Shown: one piece after another, positions 49,401 through 58,558 of the stretch
Layout of the letters: every line of letters starts with the position of its first letter
Position numbering within the stretch: the first letter of the stretch is position 1
Notes under the pieces: model-generated
Databases searched by the model: none
What the model was told of the DNA's origin: nothing
The model's input: only the letters and a program-made list of their open reading frames with translations
Translations under genes and position numbers: made by a program
NCBI GenBank assembly: GCA_041288095.1
Contig: JBGGMJ010000112.1
Location: 146 to 64,145 of the forward strand
Length of the DNA stretch: 64,000 bases
Direction of reading: 5' to 3'
DNA from: Myxococcota bacterium
GTDB lineage: Bacteria > Myxococcota > XYA12-FULL-58-9 > JALHOP01

Positions 49401-52400
49401 GATGAGCTTGAGGCCGCTTCGCATCTCGGCCTCGGGCTGCCAACCTTCGCCCTTCAACGTGACCAGAGCCTGCTCGAGCTCGATGCGCTTCAGGCGCAGC
49501 TCGAAGAGTCGCTCGGTCACCACCGAGTTGCCGGGCATCGCGCCCAGCGCCATGTCGAGGAGCTGCACCTCGAGCGCCTCGTCATTCAGATGGTCGCGAG
49601 CGGCGTCGGCCGCGCGCAGCAAGTAGTCGAATGCCTGCTCGGCGTCAGGCGCGGCGGCCGCGCTGGTGCGGAGGATCGGTACGAGGTCGTCGTACTTCGC
49701 GTTGTCGGTGGCGTAGGTGATGACGAAATCGCGTGCCGCCTCGTCGTCGGGATAGCGGCCGTGCAGGTCACGTGTGATGGCGTACGTGAGCGCGTCGTCC
49801 TCGCCGCGGGCGACCTCGACCGCGAGCTGCAATAGCGGACGGTCGTCGGGAGTCGGTAAAACGGCGCCGCGTTCGTGGAGCGTCCGGGCCAGCTCCGTGC
49901 CGCGTCCGTGCCGAGTCATGAGCTTGCGCAATAGCCGCGCCAGCTCGAGCGAGGGCATCTCCGCGAAGGCGGCAAGCGTGAGCTCGATGGCGCGCTCGCC
50001 ACGGTCGAAGCGTTCGTCGAGCACGCTGGCGTAGCGCATGACGACCTCGGCGCGCGCGCCCGGCGTCATCGCGGCGGTGAGCTGATGCTCGACACGGCGG
50101 ACGAAGTCATCGACGTCGCCGAGCTTGGCGACGACTTCCATGAGCCGCTCGCGGAGGGCGTCGTCGTCGGGCGAGAAGCGCGAGAGCAGCTCGAGGGCGC
50201 GATACTCACCCGCGTCGTCGTGAGCGTCGTGGTAGATGCTCGCGGCGCGTTGCACGCGTGCGTTGCGCTCGATCTCCGACCAATCGGCGGCTTCGCCGGG
50301 CGCTTCCTCGAGCCACAACCCCGCGAGCTCGATCTCGTTGCCTTGTTGCTGCAACACGCCTTCGAGCGCGCGCACCCACCCAGCGGGCTTGCCGTATTGG
50401 GCGGCATCGACGAGGGACAGACGTGCTTCCTCGAGGGCGTTGCTGCCGGCGTACCATTGCGCAAGCTCGAGCCTGGTGCGCGCACGGCGCTCGTTGGCCC
50501 ATTGGCTGTCCGCGCTCTCGGCGATGAGCCGAGCGAGCGACCGCAGGCGCGCTTCGCCAGTCAGAAGCTCGGCCGCCAGCGTGTGGGTCTCGATGGTGTC
50601 GATACCGCGCTCGAGCGCTTCGCTGATGAGTGGGCGCGCCTCCTCGGTGTCGCCCGTGCGCGTGAAGAGCGAGGCGGCTTTGACGAGGAGCTCGGGTTGG
50701 CTCGCGAGCTCGGGCTCGAGCGCCGCCGAACGCAAGTGGCGCGCGGCGCGATCGGGCGCGGTCGGCTCGAGGAGCCGCGCCAGCACGAGATGATCACTCG
50801 CGCCACCTCGCTCGCCTTCGACCAAACGTTGGCGCAGCGCGGCGGTCTCGTCTTCGCGGCCCAGCGCGTCGAGCGCCGTGACGCGGGTGCGCGCGATCTC
50901 GAGCGCATCAGCGGCATCCGGACCGATCACGTCGTCGAGCCGCTCCGCCAGATCGACGACGACAGCGGGCCGCTCGAGCTTGCCGGCGAGGGCAAGCGCC
51001 TTGCGCAGGGTTGGCTCGCTCTCATCGAGCGTCGCGGCCATCTGCAGCAGCTGCAACGCGCGCGGTGCGTCACCGAGCTGGTCCGCCGCCAGGTCCGCCG
51101 CGTCGGCATAGCGACGCGCGGCCTCGAGGCCACCGAGCTCTTCGGCGCGGCCCTGCAGGACGATGACTGCTTTCTCCCAGTGCTGCGTGCGTATGAGCGC
51201 CGCGAGGTAGGCGTCTTCGTATTGACCGTCGAGGCGCATGGACTTGGCCAGCGCGGCGAGCGCGAGGTCCGACGCCATGACGCGCTCGGCACGCTCCGCG
51301 ATCGACATGAGCAGCTTCACGTCATCGGGCGCGACCTGCGTTGCCCGCTCGAGCGCACGCGTCGCCTCTTCCCGGTTGCCGCCCGCCTCTTCGACATCGG
51401 CGAGTCGTAGCCAAAGGCCGACGGTCTCTTCGCCGGAATGAACGGCGAGACCCTCGAGTAGGTCGCGACGCGCTTGCTTGGCGTTGCCGGCGGCGATGCT
51501 CGCGTTGGCGCGGTCGAGCGCGACTTCCGGCTCCTCGGGTGATGCGAGCTGCGCTTCCTTGAGGGCTTCGATGCCTTGGCTCTCGTCGCCCGTCTCCCAC
51601 CATGCGAGACGCGCGGTGGTACGCAGCCAATCGGCGCGTTGCTCTTCGTCGGAGGTGAAGCGAGCGATGGTGCGGGCACTGTCCACGCGCCGGGCTACGT
51701 CACCCAGGCCGGTCGCGACGTCGTACATCAAGCGGCCCCAACCGAGGTCACGCTCATCATCGTGGACACGCTCGAGGGCGATGAGCGCCGCGGCCGCGTC
51801 TTCCCGGTCGATCTCGATGCGGGCGATGCGCGTCCAAAGGCTCGCGGCGTCGTGAGGCGACCGACTCTCCGCTCGCGCGGTCAGGGTCGCGACGAGCCCG
51901 TCGATGTCACCGCTCCTCTCGAGCGCATCGTCGAGCAGGCGTTCACCGCGCGGGTCACCCAAGTCGACGAGCTTGCGCGCATGCGTGACCGCTTCAGCAG
52001 CCTCGCCGATCGCGAGGGCGATGCGGGCGCGCGCGTTCACGACATCGGGCAGGCGCTCGTCGCCTTTGTCGAGCAGCTGGTCGAGCGCCGCGGCGGCCCG
52101 GGCTTCCCACTGCCGATCTTGAATCGCGCGAGAAAGTTGGAAGGCGCCCCAAGTCACCCGCAGGTCGGTGAGATCGACGCCGTCGAACGCCTTGCGCACG
52201 TCGTCATCGTCGACCTGTTCATGCGCGGCGATCAGCGTCGTGTAAGCCTCGACGCGAAGCGCGGCGGCCACATTGCCGCGCGCGTCGCGGTCGGCGGCCT
52301 GCAAGCGCCAGTTAGCCAGCTCGATGCGCGCGCTCGGGACCGTCCACAGCTCGTCGGCGAGCGCCCAACCCTGGGTGTCGTCACCGCGCTCGATGGCGAT

Positions 52401-55400
52401 ATCGATGAGCGTACGGGCCGCGGCATGGTCGTCCGCTTCGGCGAGGTGACGCGCGGCGCTGAGGAGCTGCTTGGTCGAGAGCTCCATGACGATATCGAAG
52501 GCCTGCTTGATACCCGCAACGTCACCGGTCGCGATCCACAGCTCGGCGAGGTGCCCTTCTTCTTCCGCGGTGCGCTCGGAGAGCGCGAGCAAGGCACGGA
52601 TGGCAATCTTCGCATCGTCGGCGTAGTCGGTCGCGACCTCGACGAGACGTCGCAGATGGAGATCGCGCGCGATGGTGTCGTCGACGGCGAGCGCCAGCTG
52701 CTCGAGCCAATGCGCGGCGCGCGGCCAATTGCCGGCCGCGGTCGTGCGGTCGACCAAGCGCTGCAGCAGATCGAGGTTGCGTGGATCGTATTCGGCCGCG
52801 GCTTCGAGGACCGTGAGCGCGTCGCTGTCCTTGCCCTGCGAGCGCAGGTATTCGGCCAGACGCGCGAGCACGGGAGCGCGCTCCTCGCCCTCACGCTCCT
52901 TCGCCCAACGTTCGAGCCAGGCGCGCAGATCGCCCAGGTGCTCATGACGCTGCAAGAGATCCGCGACCAAGCCCCGCGGCTCATCGGACTCGGGGAACAG
53001 CGCCACGTAGCGCTGCGCCCAATCGAGGGCGGTGTCGGCCTGATCGAGCGGACCTTCGATCATCTCGACGAGCTCGGCGAGGCGCCCGTCGTCCGGGCTC
53101 GGCTCCTTCTCGAGCGACATCGACAGGACGTGGGCAAGCTCGGCATGCAGCTCGAGCTCTCGCAGCAGCCGCGTCAACCGCTCGTTGTCGGGATCGAGGC
53201 CCGCCTGACCGATGAGCGCGCGCAAGACCTGCGCCCCGGTCTCCTTGTCGTGCAGACGGTCGGCGTAGACCTGAACGCTTCGCAGACCGTAGTCCATCGC
53301 TTGTCCGTTATCGAGGACAATCTGACTCAGAGCGAACAAGGTGCTGGCGAGGTCCCCCCAGCGGCCGAGCTTCTCGAAGACATCGACGACGGCGTCACGC
53401 GACCGCATGTCGTCGGGCTCGCTGGCGATGACGTCTTGATAGAAGGGAATCGCCGCGTCGCTGCGTCCCAAGCGCTCGTGCAACACGGTCGCGATCTCGC
53501 GCTTGAGGGCCGTCGCGCGTGCGCCTTCGGCCCGCTCGAGCTGAACCCGCCGCAGGGCAAGCAGGCGCGTCCACTCGCCGGCGTGGGCCAGCATGACGCC
53601 GAAGGGAGTGGTGAGCGTCGTCGGAGACTCGTCTGGAAACTCTTCGGCGAAAGCCTTGTGGAGCTCGGGGAGCTGCGACTCGTCGATCTCGAGCGCCAAC
53701 GCCGCACCCAAGACGTAAGCCTCCTTGCGCATGCTCTCGTGTTGCGTCTCGCGCGCGCCTTCGAGAACGAGCATCTGGAGGTTGAAGAGCGACTCGTGGA
53801 AGTTCTCGACGCGCAGCAAGCACTGCGAGAGGTGCCAGCGCCCCGGTACCGAGCGATCATCGAGGGCGACGAGCTTCTCCGAGAAGCTCTCGAGCTGGAC
53901 CCAGTCCTGTCGCTGCGCCTGGGCGTGCGCCATGCGCGTGAGCAAGGGCACGTGGTGCTCGGGTTTCTCGACCTCGAGCTGATAGGCGAGCGTCGTCGCG
54001 ACGGTGTCCCAGTCGGCGCTGGTCTCGGCGATCTTCTCGAGAGCGCGCGCCGACGGCAGCGCGGCTTCGCCACGCTTTTCGAGTAGGTCGCGATAGAGGA
54101 CGCCGGCGCGGTCGGTCTCCCCGAGACTGCGGCGCAGGTCCGCCGACTTGAAGAGGAACATCTCGGCATCGCGGGGGGGAAGGCCGGCTTCGCTTGCCCA
54201 CTCCTCGAGGAGCGTCGCGGCCTCCTTGATGCGGCCGAGGTGGCTGAGCACGGTGACGAGACGATCGCTGATCTTCTGGCCACGGATACCGGCCTCGACG
54301 GCGAGCAGCAGCTCACGCGCTTCTTCTTCGTCATCGTCTCGCGCGCGCGCCAGCTCGGCGAGCCGCTCGTGCAGCGGGCCCCGATTGACGCTGCGCCGCT
54401 CGGCTTCGAGGAGCGACTGCGCCATGACGTCGCGCGCCTCGTCCATCTTGCCGATGCTTTCGAGCAGACGTGACAGCGCGGTCCAGGTGGAGAAGTTGCC
54501 GGGCTCCAGGCGAACCGCCTCGCGCAACGCGGCTTCGGCGTCTTGCGGGCGCTTGAGCTGTTGCCAGAGCAGTCTGCCTTGGCGGAGCAGCGCATCGGCG
54601 CGTACGTCGGGCGACGTGGTGGCGACGGCGACCCGCCCCAGCGCTTTCACGAGACGCTCGTAGTCGTCGTAGTCCTCGAGTAGCTGCACGAGGGTCTCGG
54701 CGGCCTCGAACAGATAGGGGTTGGCGTCGAGCGCGTCTTCGAGCGCGCGGCGGCGCGACTCGGGATCCATGCCGAGCGCATCGCGGGCACGGGCGAGGTC
54801 GAGCAGGTACGCGGCTCTGCGGACGGGCTCGAGGGTCGCCTCGGCGGCGTGCGTGACGCGCTCCATGATGCCGGCGTAGTCGTTTTGCTCGCGCAGAATC
54901 GGCAGGAGTAGATCGAGCGTCTCGGCGTCGTCGGGCGTGTCGTCGAGGATGGTCTCGAGGAAGCCCTGCGCCGCGTGCGGGTCGTTGCGCTTGGTGAGCT
55001 CGAGTCGCGCGGCATCGAGCCGGGCGCGCTTGGCCTCGAGTCGATCGTCCGTGACGCGAGCAGCGGAAGCGAGGAGGTCGACGAGCTTCTGCCACTCACT
55101 GCGCTCGCGCAGGACGGTCGCGAGCTGATCGCGGGCCTCTCGCAAGTTCGGGTCGAGCTCGACGGCGCGCTCGAGACTCGCGATGGCCTCGGCGGTCATG
55201 CCCTCGGAGTTGATGACGATACGGGCGAGGCGCGTGTACGCGACGGCGATCTCGCGGACGAGCGTCGGATCGGTCGCCTCTTCTTCGAGCCCGACGATCT
55301 CTTCGAGCATCAAGCGCGCTTTGGGCACGTCGCCGGTGCGTTCGGCGAGCTCGGCAAGCCTCAGGCGTGCAACGCGGTCGCGCGGCTTGGCGTCGAGGAC

Positions 55401-57116
55401 GCGCAGGTAACGGGCGGCGGCGCTCTCGGTATCGCCGAGCCATTTCTCCCAGATGTCGCCGAGCCTCAGATTGAGCGTAACGATGCGATTGAGGTCGCCG
55501 GATTGCTCGGCTTGTTCGGCGAGTCGCGCGAGGTAGCTCGCGGCACGCGCCGGCTCGCCCCTCGCGGCGTAGGTCTCGGCGAGGCCCTCGAGTGACTCGG
55601 CATCATCCGCGGCGAGCTTGAGAGCGCGCTCGAAGTAAATGCGTGCTTTCTTCAGATCGTTGAGATGCGAGCGAGCGAGGTGTCCCAACTGTTTGTAGAT
55701 CGTGGCACGGCGCTTCGGATCGCGTTCGAGCCGAGTGAGCCTGTCGCCCGCTTTAGCGGCCTTGTCCCACTCACCGGCGGCGCTGCGCAGCTCGAACAAG
55801 GCGCGGTACGCTACGACGGAGTCACGCGCACGCGCCGCCGCGCGCTCGTAACCGGCGATCGCGGCTTCTCTGTCGATGGGTGCCGCCGCCGCGGCACTGG
55901 CCAGCTCACCAGCCACGGCGTCGAAGCGCTCCTTGCCATCCCGCGATTGCTCGCTGAGCTTGTCGAAGCGACTCGCGGCGTCGCCGAAGGCACGGTCGCG
56001 CAGAGCGATGGCGCCGAGCGCGAGGAGCGACTGCACGTCGCCCGGCGTCTTCGCGAGGATCTCCTCGGCGAGCTGCTTGGTCTCGAGCGCAAGATCAGGG
56101 AGAGCGGCGCCGATTTGCAGGAGTCGGTCGCGCACGAACTTGCCGCCGCGATCGTCGTCGAGCGCCGTGCGATAAAGCTCATGGCTCTCCATGAGCTGAC
56201 CTTCGGAGAGCAGGAGCTCGGCTTCGTCGAAGAGGGACGCGCCTTCGTGCACGAGCGCGGCGTCGGTCGGCGGCAGGTGCTCATGCACTTGCTTCTGCGA
56301 CGGCTCGCCTTGCGGACCGATGGCGACGATGAGCTGCCCGCGATTGAATTGGGCCTCCGCGATAGCGACCTTGCTGGTGTCCGGCACCTTCCAGCCGAGC
56401 TGCGGCATGATGTTGCGGACGAACTGCTCGGCGGGCTTGACGATCCAGGTGCTGGCTCGCTCGCCGCCCACCGTCGGCGCGAGGAACGGCACATCGAGAG
56501 CGCGCCGCAGCATGGTGGGAATGAGCGCCGACGGAATCGGCAGCACGCCGTAGACCCGCGTGTCGTAGAAGACGAGAGCCAGCTCATCGAGCGCGCGCGG
56601 CAAGAGCGCGGCGCGCATCGTGAAGTCAGCCGCGTGGTCGCCACCTTGAATGCGCCCGGCGAGCTCGATGTGGCCATCGCGCATCGCGCTCTTGAGCTCG
56701 TGGAAGCCGTGCGCGCTGGCGTCGGCGGCGTGGATGAGCTCCGCGATGGCCTCGCCCGAGAGCGCGACCGTGAGATGCTTGAGCTCGCACCGCCGCGTCT
56801 TGAACTTCTCCGCGCCGCCGGTGACGTCGAAGGGAAATTTGATGTGCGGGATCTCGAGCTCGAGCACCTTGATGTCGAACGGCCCGAGCTTCAGGTCCCG
56901 CGTCGTGAGCAGACCCTTCCCCGCCACGAAGCTGAGCGTGAACCCGAGCGGCGTCGCCTCGATCGGTCGACGATCGGCGCGCGGATCTTGCGTCCGGGTT
57001 ATCTCAGTCACCGCTGTCCTCGAGACCTGGGGTCCCGCGAGTGTAGCAGCGGGTGGGTCCAGGAACGAATTTCCGGCTAGATCCGCGCTATTGGCCCGGG
57101 AGAGCCAATTGCGCAT
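46470..57116 (-). CDS. giant tetratricopeptide-repeat protein (3548 aa) with non-TPR N- and C-terminal domains
   Basis: One uninterrupted ORF. From about aa 300 to 3200 it shows continuous TPR-type 34-aa helical repeats (e.g. ARIYFERALKLAADDAESLEGLAETYAARGEPARAASYL). The first roughly 280 aa and last roughly 330 aa are not TPR-like. No signal peptide seen. Confidence 0.85.
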   Translation of the reverse strand: MRNWLSRANSADLAGNSFLDPPAATLAGPQVSRTAVTEITRTQDPRADRRPIEATPLGFTLSFVAGKGLLTTRDLKLGPFDIKVLELEIPHIKFPFDVTGGAEKFKTRRCELKHLTVALSGEAIAELIHAADASAHGFHELKSAMRDGHIELAGRIQGGDHAADFTMRAALLPRALDELALVFYDTRVYGVLPIPSALIPTMLRRALDVPFLAPTVGGERASTWIVKPAEQFVRNIMPQLGWKVPDTSKVAIAEAQFNRGQLIVAIGPQGEPSQKQVHEHLPPTDAALVHEGASLFDEAELLLSEGQLMESHELYRTALDDDRGGKFVRDRLLQIGAALPDLALETKQLAEEILAKTPGDVQSLLALGAIALRDRAFGDAASRFDKLSEQSRDGKERFDAVAGELASAAAAAPIDREAAIAGYERAAARARDSVVAYRALFELRSAAGEWDKAAKAGDRLTRLERDPKRRATIYKQLGHLARSHLNDLKKARIYFERALKLAADDAESLEGLAETYAARGEPARAASYLARLAEQAEQSGDLNRIVTLNLRLGDIWEKWLGDTESAAARYLRVLDAKPRDRVARLRLAELAERTGDVPKARLMLEEIVGLEEEATDPTLVREIAVAYTRLARIVINSEGMTAEAIASLERAVELDPNLREARDQLATVLRERSEWQKLVDLLASAARVTDDRLEAKRARLDAARLELTKRNDPHAAQGFLETILDDTPDDAETLDLLLPILREQNDYAGIMERVTHAAEATLEPVRRAAYLLDLARARDALGMDPESRRRALEDALDANPYLFEAAETLVQLLEDYDDYERLVKALGRVAVATTSPDVRADALLRQGRLLWQQLKRPQDAEAALREAVRLEPGNFSTWTALSRLLESIGKMDEARDVMAQSLLEAERRSVNRGPLHERLAELARARDDDEEEARELLLAVEAGIRGQKISDRLVTVLSHLGRIKEAATLLEEWASEAGLPPRDAEMFLFKSADLRRSLGETDRAGVLYRDLLEKRGEAALPSARALEKIAETSADWDTVATTLAYQLEVEKPEHHVPLLTRMAHAQAQRQDWVQLESFSEKLVALDDRSVPGRWHLSQCLLRVENFHESLFNLQMLVLEGARETQHESMRKEAYVLGAALALEIDESQLPELHKAFAEEFPDESPTTLTTPFGVMLAHAGEWTRLLALRRVQLERAEGARATALKREIATVLHERLGRSDAAIPFYQDVIASEPDDMRSRDAVVDVFEKLGRWGDLASTLFALSQIVLDNGQAMDYGLRSVQVYADRLHDKETGAQVLRALIGQAGLDPDNERLTRLLRELELHAELAHVLSMSLEKEPSPDDGRLAELVEMIEGPLDQADTALDWAQRYVALFPESDEPRGLVADLLQRHEHLGDLRAWLERWAKEREGEERAPVLARLAEYLRSQGKDSDALTVLEAAAEYDPRNLDLLQRLVDRTTAAGNWPRAAHWLEQLALAVDDTIARDLHLRRLVEVATDYADDAKIAIRALLALSERTAEEEGHLAELWIATGDVAGIKQAFDIVMELSTKQLLSAARHLAEADDHAAARTLIDIAIERGDDTQGWALADELWTVPSARIELANWRLQAADRDARGNVAAALRVEAYTTLIAAHEQVDDDDVRKAFDGVDLTDLRVTWGAFQLSRAIQDRQWEARAAAALDQLLDKGDERLPDVVNARARIALAIGEAAEAVTHARKLVDLGDPRGERLLDDALERSGDIDGLVATLTARAESRSPHDAASLWTRIARIEIDREDAAAALIALERVHDDERDLGWGRLMYDVATGLGDVARRVDSARTIARFTSDEEQRADWLRTTARLAWWETGDESQGIEALKEAQLASPEEPEVALDRANASIAAGNAKQARRDLLEGLAVHSGEETVGLWLRLADVEEAGGNREEATRALERATQVAPDDVKLLMSIAERAERVMASDLALAALAKSMRLDGQYEDAYLAALIRTQHWEKAVIVLQGRAEELGGLEAARRYADAADLAADQLGDAPRALQLLQMAATLDESEPTLRKALALAGKLERPAVVVDLAERLDDVIGPDAADALEIARTRVTALDALGREDETAALRQRLVEGERGGASDHLVLARLLEPTAPDRAARHLRSAALEPELASQPELLVKAASLFTRTGDTEEARPLISEALERGIDTIETHTLAAELLTGEARLRSLARLIAESADSQWANERRARTRLELAQWYAGSNALEEARLSLVDAAQYGKPAGWVRALEGVLQQQGNEIELAGLWLEEAPGEAADWSEIERNARVQRAASIYHDAHDDAGEYRALELLSRFSPDDDALRERLMEVVAKLGDVDDFVRRVEHQLTAAMTPGARAEVVMRYASVLDERFDRGERAIELTLAAFAEMPSLELARLLRKLMTRHGRGTELARTLHERGAVLPTPDDRPLLQLAVEVARGEDDALTYAITRDLHGRYPDDEAARDFVITYATDNAKYDDLVPILRTSAAAAPDAEQAFDYLLRAADAARDHLNDEALEVQLLDMALGAMPGNSVVTERLFELRLKRIELEQALVTLKGEGWQPEAEMRSGLKLIESLRGVGSTGDAEQLAQWLAQRHPDTSFAAGVRLTKARAEGDREAVLREVEARLANVHDFQGKEWLALHAEAGEAAMALGDPQQALRHFISAIDTPDPSPDALRRAYQLAFELGDDNRAVFVVQSAANVREQILTRATSSRGSERLDWLYLLGQAHEAASEPDPAIEAYRQAVSVGDGPVHERAFEALEHLYRKRGEWQLVADMHDERARRAKDSSDKADSLYRKAQIWKEYLFDEDGAETALEQALAEDPEHPGAQLELGLLAYARRKYERALPLLKAQLDARGDNAPIEQWLALLETLKETGDDAGALTVATRIAERDPTRVDARVARAELLEKTGDVEAAADEWHRYLDSVSSDADPMMIAGVHERLARHALRHLDRRQAMAHYEAAYQLTPESLTVIRGMRSLHEADGSFADAVALRARELALATDVSEQLEQHRALASTYREHLNDQARAAKHLEKAHEIDPNDIGLSRELFAVYDATKQGTKLALVGERLITNAPEGTLDAAFYGRLSRAYEEDVGDPERAKALIAKAVEMAPQSRELRETFLRLALATGDYAIWAPLEEQNIEQIEDTQERARRYQVLADVVGRELKTPAKAAALMLKARELDPTDATMTRRLADTYALDATSYGQAAELYATLLDADPLNLDLLKISARLSGQIGDTDRAYGYYAALLVLAPNDAEGKRFVTACRNAMPPGPQRALTDADRAQGLVHPEQLGTVEELFAPLARFAELTHPGNLKLRGVDERDLLAPTDERVKWLTKVLEPLGLQQVGLYLWRGGGFACEAELVATPTILLGSTLASDASQRQRAFLVARAAELYRSGHTLCERLPPMELEALAAALCMALIPGATPPGSGPSSGAWANIIGQPMTEQIRAALRDRAKTYMNRYGELDLGKWRRACLATAGRSALLLSCDVEDAIAAVLRLRGFDDVRDDQRAAVLLESPEALDLFRFSLSDNYFKLREALGMALRRAK

Positions 57117-57177
57117 GACCCCTCAAGCACTTCTTGACACTCGACCCATGCAGGGACTACACGGGCGCCCACTTCGT

Positions 57178-57251
<74 letters not shown>

Positions 57252-57263
57252 CCTAAACAATCA

Positions 57264-57305
57264 CGGTCGGTTACTTGCGTTGGCGGTAACCGGCCGTTTT
57301 TGTTT
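57264..57305 (+). terminator. rho-independent terminator after tRNA-Met
   Basis: An 11-bp stem CGGTCGGTTAC / GTAACCGGCCG (one G:U pair) with an 11-nt loop, followed by TTTTTGTTT. Confidence 0.75.
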
Positions 57306-57420
57306 GTGGGTGACGCATCAACGCGGTGAACAGCGGTTCAGGGCGCAGTGGTACAAATCTGTATACAAAAATGCATATTCGCATACATATCGCCTCCGAC
57401 ATGTATAGAATCTGAGCTGG

Positions 57421-58512
57421 ATGGCCCCAGCGCTGCGCTCTCTAGCTAACGTCGACCTTACGAAGATCGAGACCAACGCGGTCTTGAGAGTGGTTGCGCA
57501 AGCGAGCCGCGCACTGGGTGAGCTCAAGGGCTTAGCGGCGTCCATTCCCAACGACGCGATCCTCATCAATGCCCTCGCGCTCCAAGAGGCAAAGGACAGC
57601 TCCGCGATAGAAAACATCGTGACCACGCACGACGAGCTGTTCAAAGCTCACGCGGTAGTCGACACGGCGAGCCTGTCCGCTAAAGAGGTCGACCGCTACG
57701 CACAAGCCTTACGTCTCGGCTACACTCACCTCGGAGAGCGCAAGGTGCTGGCCACGAGCACCATCGTGCAGATTCAGGCCGCCCTCGAACCGGCGAAGGC
57801 CGGCTTTCGCAAAGTGCCAGGTACCGCGCTCAGAGACTCCGCCGGCCGCGTCGTCTATACCCCTCCGGACCCGTCCGCCATTGCCGCCCTGATGGGCGAT
57901 TTCGAAAAGTTCATCCACCAAAGCACCAATGCCCGGCTCGATCCGCTGATCCGCATGGCCGTTGCGCACCATCAGTTCGAAAGCATCCACCCCTTCTACG
58001 ACGGCAACGGCCGCACTGGTCGCATCCTCAACGTGCTGATGCTGGTGCTCGACAACCTCCTCAACACACCTATTCTTTACCTTTCGCGCGAAATCCTCCG
58101 CAGCAAGAGCGACTACTATCGTCTGCTCCAAGACGTTCGTGATTCGAACGACTCGCCCAACGCATGGGAAGCTTGGTTGATCTACCTAGTCGACGCCGTG
58201 CGGACGACCGCCGAGCAAGGCATCAGCACTGTGTCCGCCATTGCGGTCGCTCTCCAAGATGTAAAACATCGGGTGCGCGCGAGTCTTCCTAGGATCTACA
58301 GCCAGGACCTACTGAACAACATCTTCACGAACCCGTATACGAAGATCGAGTTCGTCGAGCGCGACCTCCGCGTCACGCGCCTTACCGCGACGAAATATCT
58401 CAATGCGCTCGCTCAACATGGATTCGTGACTCGGAAGAAAGCCGGTCGAAGCAACTACTACGTCAACGATGCGCTCGTGCGGATCCTGTCGAATGTCGGG
58501 GCGCCGCCGTGA
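57421..58512 (+). CDS. Fic family protein (class II, with intramolecular inhibitory motif)
   Basis: Fic active-site motif HPFYDGNGRTGR at 57988-58023. Upstream inhibitory-type motif SSAIEN, matching (S/T)xxxE(G/N), at 57598-57615. C-terminal winged-helix-like tail. Visibly lower G+C than its neighbours. Confidence 0.9.
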   Translation: MAPALRSLANVDLTKIETNAVLRVVAQASRALGELKGLAASIPNDAILINALALQEAKDSSAIENIVTTHDELFKAHAVVDTASLSAKEVDRYAQALRLGYTHLGERKVLATSTIVQIQAALEPAKAGFRKVPGTALRDSAGRVVYTPPDPSAIAALMGDFEKFIHQSTNARLDPLIRMAVAHHQFESIHPFYDGNGRTGRILNVLMLVLDNLLNTPILYLSREILRSKSDYYRLLQDVRDSNDSPNAWEAWLIYLVDAVRTTAEQGISTVSAIAVALQDVKHRVRASLPRIYSQDLLNNIFTNPYTKIEFVERDLRVTRLTATKYLNALAQHGFVTRKKAGRSNYYVNDALVRILSNVGAPP

Positions 58513-58558
58513 CAATTTGTCACCGCAACTTTACACATGGACAGCGGTTAAAGGGTGC

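Noticed and set aside
47578-57080. Many ORFs of 150-836 aa on both strands inside the 3548-aa TPR gene (e.g. 47578-48810, 48012-49094, 50085-51410, 51576-54086, 53327-54595, 55665-57080)
   Set aside because: All are Arg/Ala/Ser/Pro-rich alternative or antisense frames of one continuous TPR ORF. None has independent start signals or motifs.
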